A stretch of 64,000 nt of DNA from Eledone cirrhosa (taxonomy: Eukaryota), in assembly GCA_964016885.1 (NCBI GenBank), contig OZ024764.1, positions 6,138,001 to 6,202,000 on the forward strand, given 5' to 3'. The first letter of the stretch is position 1, and every line of letters begins with the position of its first letter. Below, piece by piece: positions 1 through 12,700 of the stretch. The notes beneath the pieces are model-generated. The model did no database searches and was not told where the DNA came from. It saw only the letters and a list, made by a program, of their open reading frames with translations. The translations under genes and the position numbers were made by a program.

Positions 1-8
1 TCTCTATA

Positions 9-59
<51 letters not shown>

Positions 60-115
60 CAATGTGTGTATGTATGTATATATATATCTATATATATATA
101 TACATATATATATAT

Positions 116-194
<79 letters not shown>

Positions 195-473
195 TATATG
201 TATATATATATGCATGTGTATATGTATATATATATGCATGTGTATGTGTATATGTATATATATATGCATGTGTATGTGTATATATATATGCATGTGTATA
301 TGTATATATATATGTATGTGTATATATACATATATATATATATATATGTATACATACATATCTATATATATGTGTATATATACATACATATCTATATATA
401 TGTGTATATATACATACAAATCTATATATATGTATATATATATACATACATATCTATATGTATATATGTATAT

Positions 474-517
<44 letters not shown>

Positions 518-520
518 ATA
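1..520. repeat. (TA)n/(TATG)n compound microsatellite
   Basis: Direct reading; the YI/VC-rich ORFs are repeat translations. Confidence 0.95.
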
Positions 521-737
521 GGTCAATGTACTGTACCACTCCCCCCCCCCCCCCACCACCACTTCACCTTCCCCACCCCTCCTCTATTCCACTTAGATTT
601 TTCCATTTTTCTTTGATATACACACACAGCCTCACTTCCACATGCACATGCATAATTTGTCACACATACACTTATACACTTATACACACACTTATACACA
701 TGCACTTATACACTCACACATGCAAACCCTCTATGCG

Positions 738-3700
738 TTTACTGGTTTCATTCAGACTGTGGCCATGCTGGGGCACTGCCTTCTTGTACTGGTTTCAATC
801 AGACTGTGGCCATGCTGGGGCACTGCCTTCTTGTACTGGTTTCATTCAGACTGTGGCCATGCTGGGGCACTGCCTTCTTGTACTGGTTTTGGTCATTAGA
901 CTGTGGCCATGCTGGGGCACTGACTTCTTGTACTGGTTTCATTCAGACTGTGGCCATGCTGGGGCACTGACTTCTTGTACTGGTTTCATTCAGACTGTGG
1001 CCATGCTGGGGCATTGCCTTCTTGTACTGGTTTTGGTCATTAGACTGTGGCCATGCTGGGGCACTGCCTTCTTGTACTGGTTTTGGTCATTAGACTGTGG
1101 CCATGCTGGGACACTGCCTTCTTGTACTGGTTTTGGTCATCAGACTGTGGCCATGCTGGGGCACTGCCTTCTTGTACTGGTTTCAGTCATTAGACTGTGG
1201 CCATGCTGGGGCACTGCCTTCTTGTACTGGTTTCAGTCATTAGACTGTGGCCATGCTGGGGCATTGCCTTCTTGTACTGGTTTCAGTCATTAGACTGTGG
1301 CCATGCTGGGGCACTGCCTTCTTGTACTGATTTCAGTCATTAGACTGTGGCCATGCTGGGGCACTGCCTTCTTGTACTGGTTTTGGTCATTAGACTGTGG
1401 CCATGCTGGGGCACTGCCTTCTTGTACTGGTTTTGGTCATTAGACTGTGGCCATGCTGGGGCACTGCCTTCTTGTACTGGTTTCAGTCATTAGACTGTGG
1501 CCATGCTGGGGCATTGCCTTCTTGTACTGGTTTTGGTCATTAGACTGTGGCCATGCTGGGGCACTGCCTTCTTGTACTGGTTTCAGTCATTAGACTGTGG
1601 CCATGCTGGGGCACTGCCTTCTTGTACTGGTTTTGGTCATCAGACTGTGGCCATGCTGGGGCACTGCCTTCTTGTACTGGTTTCAGTCATTAGACTGTGG
1701 CCATGCTGGGGCACTGCCTTCTTGTACTGGTTTCAGTCATTAGACTGTGGCCATGCTGGGGCACTGCCTTCTTGTACTGGTTTTGGTCATCAGACTGTGG
1801 CCATGCTGGGGCACTGCCTTCTTGTACTGGTTTCAGTCATTAGACTGTGGCCATGCTGGGGCACTGCCTTCTTGTACTGGTTTCAGTCATTAGACTGTGG
1901 CCATGCTGGGGCACTGCCTTCTTGTACTGGTTTCAGTCATTAGACTGTGGCCATGCTGGGGCACTGCCTTCTTGTACTGGTTTCAGTCATTAGACTGTGG
2001 CCATGCTGGGGCACTGCCTTCTTGTACTGGTTTCAGTCATTAGACTGTGGCCATGCTGGGGCACTGCCTTCTTGTACTGGTTTCAGTCATTAGACTGTGG
2101 CCATGCTGGGGCACTGCCTTCTTGTACTGGTTTCAGTCATTAGACTGTGGCCATGCTGGGGCACTGCCTTCTTGTACTGGTTTCAGTCATTAGACTGTGG
2201 CCATGCTGGGGCACTGCCTTCTTGTACTGGTTTTGGTCATTAGACTGTGGCCATGCTGGGGCACTGCCTTCTTGTACTGGTTTTGGTCATTAGACTGTGG
2301 CCATGCTGGGGCATTGCCTTCTTGTACTGGTTTTGGTCATTAGACTGTGGCCATGCTGGGGCATTGCCTTCTTGTACTGGTTTTGGTCATTAGACTGTGG
2401 CCATGCTGGGGCATTGCCTTCTTGTACTGGTTTTGGTCATTAGACTGTGGCCATGCTGGGACACTGCCTTCTTGTACTGGTTTCAGTCATTAGACTGTGG
2501 CCATGCTGGGGCACTGCCTTCTTGTACTGGTTTCAGTCATTAGACTGTGGCCATGCTGGGGCACTGCCTTCTTGTACTGGTTTTGGTCATTAGACTGTGG
2601 CCATGCTGGGGCACTGCCTTCTTGTACTGGTTTTGGTCATTAGACTGTGGCCATGCTGGGGCATTGCCTTCTTGTACTGGTTTTGGTCATTAGACTGTGG
2701 CCATGCTGGGGCATTGCCTTCTTGTACTGGTTTTGGTCATTAGACTGTGGCCATGCTGGGGCATTGCCTTCTTGTACTGGTTTTGGTCATTAGACTGTGG
2801 CCATGCTGGGACACTGCCTTCTTGTACTGGTTTCAGTCATTAGACTGTGGCCATGCTGGGGCACTGCCTTCTTGTACTGGTTTCAGTCATTAGACTGTGG
2901 CCATGCTGGGGCACTGCCTTCTTGTACTGGTTTTGGTCATTAGACTGTGGCCATGCTGGGGCACTGCCTTCTTGTACTGGTTTTGGTCATTAGACTGTGG
3001 CCATGCTGGGGCATTGCCTTCTTGTACTGGTTTTGGTCATTAGACTGTGGCCATGCTGGGGCATTGCCTTCTTGTACTGGTTTTGGTCATTAGACTGTGG
3101 CCATGCTGGGACACTGCCTTCTTGTACTGGTTTCAGTCATTAGACTGTGGCCATGCTGGGGCACTGCCTTCTTGTACTGGTTTCAGTCATTAGACTGTGG
3201 CCATGCTGGGGCACTGCCTTCTTGTACTGGTTTTGGTCATTAGACTGTGGCCATGCTGGGGCACTGCCTTCTTGTACTGGTTTTGGTCATTAGACTGTGG
3301 CCATGCTGGGGCATTGCCTTCTTGTACTGGTTTTGGTCATTAGACTGTGGCCATGCTGGGGCATTGCCTTCTTGTACTGGTTTTGGTCATTAGACTGTGG
3401 CCATGCTGGGGCATTGCCTTCTTGTACTGGTTTTGGTCATTAGACTGTGGCCATGCTGGGACACTGCCTTCTTGTACTGGTTTTGGTCATCAGACTGTGG
3501 CCATGCTGGGGCACTGCCTTCTTGTACTGGTTTTGGTCATCAGACTGTGGCCATGCTGGGGCATTGCCTTCTTGTACTGGTTTAGGTCATTAGACTGTGG
3601 CCATGCTGGGACACTGCCTTGTACTGGTTTTGGTCATCAGACTGTGGCCATGCTGGGGCACTGCCTTCTTGTACTGGTTTTGGTCATCAGACTGTGGCCA

Positions 3701-6700
3701 TGCTGGGGCATTGCCTTCTTGTACTGGTTTTGGTCATTAGACTGTGGCCATGCTGGGGCACTGCCTTCTTGTACTGGTTTTGGTCATTAGACTGTGGCCA
3801 TGCTGGGGCATTGCCTTCTTGTACTGGTTTTGGTCATTAGACTGTGGCCATGCTGGGGCACTGCCTACTTGTACTGGTTTTGGTCATTAGACTGTGGCCA
3901 TGCTGGGGCATTGCCTTCGTGTACTGGTTTTGGTCATTAGACTGTGGCCATGCTGGGGCACTGCCTACTTGTACTGGTTTTGGTCATTAGACTGTGGCCA
4001 TGCTGGGGCATTGCCTTCTTGTACTGGTTTTGGTCATTAGACTGTGGCCATGCTGGGGCATTGCCTTCTTGTACTGGTTTTGGTCATTAGACTGTGGCCA
4101 TGCTGGGGCATTCCCTTCTTGTACTGGTTTTGGTCATTAGACTGTGGCCATGCTGGGGCATTGCCTTCTTGTACTGGTTTTGGTCATTAGACTGTGGCCA
4201 TGCTGGGGCACTCCCTTCTTGTACTGGTTTTGGTCATTAGACTGTGGCCATGCTGGGGCACTGCCTACTTGTACTGGTTTTGGTCATTAGACTGTGACCA
4301 TGCTGGGGCATTGCCTTCTTGTACTGGTTTTGGTCATTAGACTGTGGCCATGCTGGGGCACTGCCTACTTGTACTGGTTTTGGTCATTAGACTGTGGCCA
4401 TGCTGGGGCATTGCCTTCTTGTACTGGTTTTGGTCATTAGACTGTGGCCATGCTGGGGCATTGCCTTCTTGTACTGGTTTTGGTCATTAGACTGTGGCCA
4501 TGCTGGGGCACTGCCTTGTTGTACTGGTTTTGGTCATTAGACTGTGGCCATGCTGGGGCATTGCCTTCTTTTACTGGTTTCAGTCATTAGACTGTGGCCA
4601 TGCTGGGGCATTGCCTTCTTGTACTGGTTTTGGTCATTAGACTGTGGCCATGCTGGGGCATTGCCTTCTTTTACTGGTTTTGGTCATTAGACTGTGGCCA
4701 TGCTGGGGCATTGCCTTCTTGTACTGGTTTTGGTCATTAGACTGTGACCATGCTGGGGCATTGCCTTCTTGTACTGGTTTCAGTCATTAGACTGTGGCCA
4801 TGCTGGGGCATTGCCTTCTTGTACTGGTTTCAGTCATTAGACTGTGGCCATGCTGGGGCATTGCCTTCTTGTACTGGTTTCAGTCATTAGACTGTGACCA
4901 TGCTGGGGCATTGCCTTCTTGTACTGGTTTTGGTCATTAGACTGTGACCATGCTGGGGCATTGCCTTCTTGTACTGGTTTTTGGTCATTAGACTGTGGCC
5001 ATGCTGGGGCATTGCCTTCTTGTACTGGTTTCAGTCATTAGACTGTGGCCATGCTGGGGCATTGCCTTCTTGTACTGGTTTCAGTCATTAGACTGTGGCC
5101 ATGCTGGGGCATTGCCTTCTTGTACTGGTTTCAGTCATTAGACTGTGACCATGCTGGGGCATTGCCTTCTTGTACTGGTTTTGGTCATTAGACTGTGACC
5201 ATGCTGGGGCATTGCCTTCTTGTACTGGTTTTGGTCATTAGACTGTGACCATGCTGGGGCATTGCCTTCTTGTACTGGTTTTGGTCATTAGACTGTGACC
5301 ATGCTGGGGCATTGCCTTCTTGTACTGGTTTTGGTCATTAGACTGTGGCCATGCTGGGGCATTGCCTTCTTGTACTGGTTTTGGTCATTAGACTGTGGCC
5401 ATGCTGGGGCATTGCCTTCTTGTACTGGTTTCAGTCATTAGACTGTGGCCATGCTGGGGCATTGCCTTCTTGTACTGGTTTTGGTCATTAGACTGTGGCC
5501 ATGCTGGGGCATTGCCTTCTTGTACTGGTTTCAGTCATTAGACTGTGGCCATGCTGGGGCACTGCCTTCTTGTACTGGTTTTGGTCATTAGACTGTGACC
5601 ATGCTGGGGCATTGCCTTCTTGTACTGGTTTCAGTCATTAGACTGTGGCCATGCTGGGGCATTGCCTTCTTGTACTGGTTTTGGTCATTAGACTGTGACA
5701 ATGCTGGGGCATTGCCTTCTTGTACTGGTTTTGGTCATTAGACTGTGACCATGCTGGGGCACTGCCTTCTTGTACTGGTTTTGGTCATTAGACTGTGACC
5801 ATGCTGGGGCATTGCCTTCTTGTACTGGTTTCAGTCATTAGACTGTGGCCATGCTGGGGCACTGCCATCTTGTACTGGTTTTGGTCATTAGACTGTGGCC
5901 ATGCTGGGGCATTGCCTTCTTGTACTGGTTTTGGTCATTAGACTGTGGCCATGCTGGGGCACTGCCATCTTGTACTGGTTTTGGTCATTAGACTGTGGCC
6001 ATGCTGGGGCATTGCCTTCTTGTACTGGTTTTGGTCATTAGACTGTGGCCATGCTGGGGCACTGCCATCTTGTACTGGTTTTGGTCATTACACTGTGACC
6101 ATGCTGGGGCATTGCCTTCTTGTACTGGTTTCATTCATTAGACTGTGGCCATGCTGGGGCATTGCCTTCTTGTACTGGTTTTGGTCATTAGACTGTGGCC
6201 ATGCTGGGGCACTGCCTTCTTGTACTGGTTTTGGTCATTAGACTGTGGCCATGCTGGGGCACTGCCATCTTGTACTGGTTTTGGTCATTAGACTGTGGCC
6301 ATGCTGGGGCATTGCCTTCTTGTACTGGTTTTGGTCATTAGACTGTGGCCATGCTGGAGCATTGCCTTCTTGTACTGGTTTTGGTCATTAGACTGTGGCC
6401 ATGCTGGGGCACTGCCTTCTTGTACTGGTTTTGGTCATTAGACTGTGGCCATGCTGGGGCACTGCCTTCTTGTACTGGTTTCAGTCATTAGACTGTGGCC
6501 ATGCTGGGGCATTGCCTTCTTGTACTGGTTTTGGTCATTAGACTGTGGCCATGCTGGGGCACTGCCTACTTGTACTGGTTTTGGTCATTAGACTGTGGCC
6601 ATGCTGGGGCATTGCCTTCTTGTACTGGTTTTGGTCATTAGACTGTGGCCATGCTGGGGCACTGCCTACTTGTACTGGTTTTGGTCATTAGACTGTGGCC

Positions 6701-9700
6701 ATGCTGGGGCATTGCCTTCTTGTACTGGTTTTGGTCATTAGACTGTGGCCATGCTGGGGCATTGCCTTCTTGTACTGGTTTTGGTCATTAGACTGTGGCC
6801 ATGCTGGGGCATTCCCTTCTTGTACTGGTTTTGGTCATTAGACTGTGGCCATGCTGGGGCATTGCCTTCTTGTACTGGTTTTGGTCATTAGACTGTGGCC
6901 ATGCTGGGGCACTCCCTTCTTGTACTGGTTTTGGTCATTAGACTGTGGCCATGCTGGGGCACTGCCTACTTGTACTGGTTTTGGTCATTAGACTGTGACC
7001 ATGCTGGGGCATTGCCTTCTTGTACTGGTTTTGGTCATTAGACTGTGGCCATGCTGGGGCACTGCCTACTTGTACTGGTTTTGGTCATTAGACTGTGGCC
7101 ATGCTGGGGCATTGCCTTCTTGTACTGGTTTTGGTCATTAGACTGTGGCCATGCTGGGGCATTGCCTTCTTGTACTGGTTTTGGTCATTAGACTGTGGCC
7201 ATGCTGGGGCACTGCCTTGTTGTACTGGTTTTGGTCATTAGACTGTGGCCATGCTGGGGCATTGCCTTCTTTTACTGGTTTCAGTCATTAGACTGTGGCC
7301 ATGCTGGGGCATTGCCTTCTTGTACTGGTTTTGGTCATTAGACTGTGGCCATGCTGGGGCATTGCCTTCTTTTACTGGTTTTGGTCATTAGACTGTGGCC
7401 ATGCTGGGGCATTGCCTTCTTGTACTGGTTTTGGTCATTAGACTGTGACCATGCTGGGGCATTGCCTTCTTGTACTGGTTTCAGTCATTAGACTGTGGCC
7501 ATGCTGGGGCATTGCCTTCTTGTACTGGTTTCAGTCATTAGACTGTGGCCATGCTGGGGCATTGCCTTCTTGTACTGGTTTCAGTCATTAGACTGTGACC
7601 ATGCTGGGGCATTGCCTTCTTGTACTGGTTTTGGTCATTAGACTGTGACCATGCTGGGGCATTGCCTTCTTGTGCTGGTTTTGGTCATTAGACTGTGGCC
7701 ATGCTGGGGCATTGCCTTCTTGTACTGGTTTCAGTCATTAGACTGTGGCCATGCTGGGGCATTGCCTTCTTGTACTGGTTTCAGTCATTAGACTGTGGCC
7801 ATGCTGGGGCATTGCCTTCTTGTACTGGTTTCAGTCATTAGACTGTGACCATGCTGGGGCATTGCCTTCTTGTACTGGTTTTGGTCATTAGACTGTGACC
7901 ATGCTGGGGCATTGCCTTCTTGTACTGGTTTTGGTCATTAGACTGTGACCATGCTGGGGCATTGCCTTCTTGTACTGGTTTTGGTCATTAGACTGTGACC
8001 ATGCTGGGGCATTGCCTTCTTGTACTGGTTTTGGTCATTAGACTGTGGCCATGCTGGGGCATTGCCTTCTTGTACTGGTTTTGGTCATTAGACTGTGGTC
8101 ATGCTGGGGCATTGCCTTCTTGTACTGGTTTCAGTCATTAGACTGTGGCCATGCTGGGGCATTGCCTTCTTGTACTGGTTTTGGTCATTAGACTGTGGCC
8201 ATGCTGGGGCATTGCCTTCTTGTACTGGTTTCAGTCATTAGACTGTGGCCATGCTGGGGCACTGCCTTCTTGTACTGGTTTTGGTCATTAGACTGTGACC
8301 ATGCTGGGGCATTGCCTTCTTGTACTGGTTTCAGTCATTAGACTGTGGCCATGCTGGGGCATTGCCTTCTTGTACTGGTTTTGGTCATTAGACTGTGGCC
8401 ATGCTGGGGCATTGCCTTCTTTTACTGGTTTCAGTCATTAGACTGTGGCCATGCTGGGGCATTGCCTTCTTGTACTGGTTTTGGTCATTAGACTGTGGCC
8501 ATGCTGGGGCATTGCCTTCTTTTACTGGTTTTGGTCATTAGACTGTGGCCATGCTGGGGCATTGCCTTCTTGTACTGGTTTTGGTCATTAGACTGTGACC
8601 ATGCTGGGGCATTGCCTTCTTGTACTGGTTTCAGTCATTAGACTGTGGCCATGCTGGGGCATTGCCTTCTTGTACTGGTTTCAGTCATTAGACTGTGGCC
8701 ATGCTGGGGCATTGCCTTCTTGTACTGGTTTCAGTCATTAGACTGTGACCATGCTGGGGCATTGCCTTCTTGTACTGGTTTTGGTCATTAGACTGTGACC
8801 ATGCTGGGGCATTGCCTTCTTGTACTGGTTTTGGTCATTAGACTGTGGCCATGCTGGGGCACTGCCTTCTTGTACTGGTTTTGGTCATTAGGCTGTGGCC
8901 ATGCTGGGGCACTGCCATCTTGTACTGGTTTTGGTCATTACACTGTGACCATGCTGGGGCATTGCCTTCTTGTACTGGTTTCAGTCATTAGACTGTGGCC
9001 ATGCTGGGGCATTGCCTTCTTGTACTGGTTTTGGTCATTAGACTGTGGCCATGCTGGGGCACTGCCTTCTTGTACTGGTTTTGGTCATTAGACTGTGGCC
9101 ATGCTGGGGCACTGCCATCTTGTACTGGTTTTGGTCATTAGACTGTGGCCATGCTGGGGCATTGCCTTCTTGTACTGGTTTTGGTCATTAGACTGTGGCC
9201 ATGCTGGAGCATTGCCTTCTTGTACTGGTTTTGGTCATTAGACTGTGGCCATGCTGGGGCACTGCCTTCTTGTACTGGTTTTGGTCATTAGACTGTGGCC
9301 ATGCTGGGGCACTGCCTTCTTGTACTGGTTTCAGTCATTAGACTGTGGCCATGCTGGGGCACTGCCATCTTGTACTGGTTTTGGTCATTAGACTGTGGCC
9401 ATGCTGGGGCATTGCCTTCTTGTACTGATTTCAGTCATTAGACTGTGGCCATGCTGGGGCATTGCCTTCTTGTACTGGTTTTGGTCATTAGACTGTGGCC
9501 ATGCTGGGGCACTGCCTTCTTGTACTGGTTTCAGTCATTAGACTGTGGCCATGCTGGGGCACTGCCATCTTGTACTGGTTTTGGTCATTAGACTGTGGCC
9601 ATGCTGGGGCATTGCCTTCTTGTACTGATTTCAGTCATTAGACTGTGGCCATGCTGGGGCATTGCCTTCTTGTACTGGTTTTGGTCATTAGACTGTGGCC

Positions 9701-12700
9701 ATGCTGGGGCACTGCCATCTTGTACTGGTTTTGGTCATTAGACTGTGGCCATGCTGGGGCATTGCCTTCTTGTACTGGTTTTGGTCATTAGACTGTGGCC
9801 ATGCTGGGGCATTGCCTTCTTGTACTGGTTTCGGTCATTAGACTGTGGCCATGCTGGGGCACTGCCATCTTGTACTGGTTTTGGTCATTAGACTGTGGCC
9901 ATGCTGGGGCATTGCCTTCTTGTACTGGTTTTGGTCATTAGACTGTGGCCATGCTGGGGCATTGCCTTCTTGTACTGGTTTTGGTCATTAGACTGTGGCC
10001 ATGCTGGGGCATTGCCTTCTTGTACTGGTTTTGGTCATTAGACTGTGGCCATGCTGGGGCATTGCCTTCTTGTACTGGTTTTGGTCATTAGACTGTGGCC
10101 ATGCTGGGGCATTGCCTTCTTGTACTGGTTTTGGTCATTAGACTGTGGCCATGCTGGGGCATTGCCTTCTTGTACTGGTTTTGGTCATTAGACTGTGGCC
10201 ATGCTGGGGCATTGCCTTCTTGTACTGGTTTTGGTCATTAGACTGTGGCCATGCTGGGGCATTGCCTTCTTGTACTGGTTTTGGTCATTAGACTGTGGCC
10301 ATGCTGGGGCATTGCCTTCTTGTACTGGTTTTGGTCATTAGACTGTGGCCATGCTGGGGCATTGCCTTCTTGTACTGGTTTTGGTCATTAGACTGTGGCC
10401 ATGCTGGGGCATTGCCTTCTTGTACTGGTTTTGGTCATTAGACTGTGGCCATGCTGGGGCATTGCCTTCTTGTACTGGTTTTGGTCATTAGACTGTGGCC
10501 ATGCTGGGGCATTGCCTTCTTGTACTGGTTTTGGTCATTAGACTGTGGCCATGCTGGGGCATTGCCTTCTTGTACTGGTTTTGGTCATTAGACTGTGGCC
10601 ATGCTGGGGCATTGCCTTCTTGTACTGGTTTTGGTCATTAGACTGTGGCCATGCTGGGGCATTGCCTTCTTGTACTGGTTTTGGTCATTAGACTGTGGCC
10701 ATGCTGGGGCATTGCCTTCTTGTACTGGTTTTGGTCATTAGACTGTGGCCATGCTGGGGCATTGCCTTCTTGTACTGGTTTTGGTCATTAGACTGTGGCC
10801 ATGCTGGGGCATTGCCTTCTTGTACTGGTTTTGGTCATTAGACTGTGGCCATGCTGGGGCATTGCCTTCTTGTACTGGTTTTGGTCATTAGACTGTGGCC
10901 ATGCTGGGGCATTGCCTTCTTGTACTGGTTTTGGTCATTAGACTGTGGCCATGCTGGGGCATTGCCTTCTTGTACTGGTTTTGGTCATTAGACTGTGGCC
11001 ATGCTGGGGCATTGCCTTCTTGTACTGGTTTTGGTCATTAGACTGTGGCCATGCTGGGGCATTGCCTTCTTGTACTGGTTTTGGTCATTAGACTGTGACC
11101 ATGCTGGGGCATTGCCTTCTTGTACTGGTTTTGGTCATTAGACTGTGGCCATGCTGGGGCATTGCCTTCTTGTACTGGTTTTGGTCATTAGACTGTGGCC
11201 ATGCTGGGGCATTGCCTTCTTGTACTGGTTTTGGTCATTAGACTGTGGCCATGCTGGGGCATTGCCTTCTTGTACTGGTTTTGGTCATTAGACTGTGGCC
11301 ATGCTGGGGCATTGCCTTCTTGTACTGGTTTTGGTCATTAGACTGTGGCCATGCTGGGGCATTGCCTTCTTGTACTGGTTTTGGTCATTAGACTGTGGCC
11401 ATGCTGGGGCATTGCCTTCTTGTACTGGTTTTGGTCATTAGACTGTGGCCATGCTGGGGCATTGCCTTCTTGTACTGGTTTTGGTCATTAGACTGTGACC
11501 ATGCTGGGGCATTGCCTTCTTGTACTGGTTTTGGTCATTAGACTGTGGCCATGCTGGGGCATTGCCTTCTTGTACTGGTTTTGGTCATTAGACTGTGGCC
11601 ATGCTGGGGCATTGCCTTCTTGTACTGGTTTTGGTCATTAGACTGTGGCCATGCTGGGGCATTGCCTTCTTGTACTGGTTTTGGTCATTAGACTGTGGCC
11701 ATGCTGGGGCATTGCCTTCTTGTACTGGTTTTGGTCATTAGACTGTGGCCATGCTGGGGCATTGCCTTCTTGTACTGGTTTTGGTCATTAGACTGTGGCC
11801 ATGCTGGGGCATTGCCTTCTTGTACTGGTTTTGGTCATTAGACTGTGACCATGCTGGGGCATTGCCTTCTTGTACTGGTTTTGGTCATTAGACTGTGGCC
11901 ATGCTGGGGCATTGCCTTCTTGTACTGGTTTTGGTCATTAGACTGTGGCCATGCTGGGGCATTGCCTTCTTGTACTGGTTTTGGTCATTAGACTGTGGCC
12001 ATGCTGGGGCATTGCCTTCTTGTACTGGTTTTGGTCATTAGACTGTGGCCATGCTGGGGCATTGCCTTCTTGTACTGGTTTTGGTCATTAGACTGTGGCC
12101 ATGCTGGGGCATTGCCTTCTTGTACTGGTTTTGGTCATTAGACTGTGGCCATGCTGGGGCATTGCCTTCTTGTACTGGTTTTGGTCATTAGACTGTGGCC
12201 ATGCTGGGGCATTGCCTTCTTGTACTGGTTTTGGTCATTAGACTGTGGCCATGCTGGGGCATTGCCTTCTTGTACTGGTTTTGGTCATTAGACTGTGGCC
12301 ATGCTGGGGCATTGCCTTCTTGTACTGGTTTTGGTCATTAGACTGTGGCCATGCTGGGGCATTGCCTTCTTGTACTGGTTTTGGTCATTAGACTGTGGCC
12401 ATGCTGGGGCATTGCCTTCTTGTACTGGTTTTGGTCATTAGACTGTGGCCATGCTGGGGCATTGCCTTCTTGTACTGGTTTTGGTCATTAGACTGTGGCC
12501 ATGCTGGGGCATTGCCTTCTTGTACTGGTTTCGGTCATTAGACTGTGGCCATGCTGGGGCACTGCCATCTTGTACTGGTTTTGGTCATTAGACTGTGGCC
12601 ATGCTGGGGCATTGCCTTCTTGTACTGGTTTTGGTCATTAGACTGTGGCCATGCTGGGGCATTGCCTTCTTGTACTGGTTTTGGTCATTAGACTGTGGCC

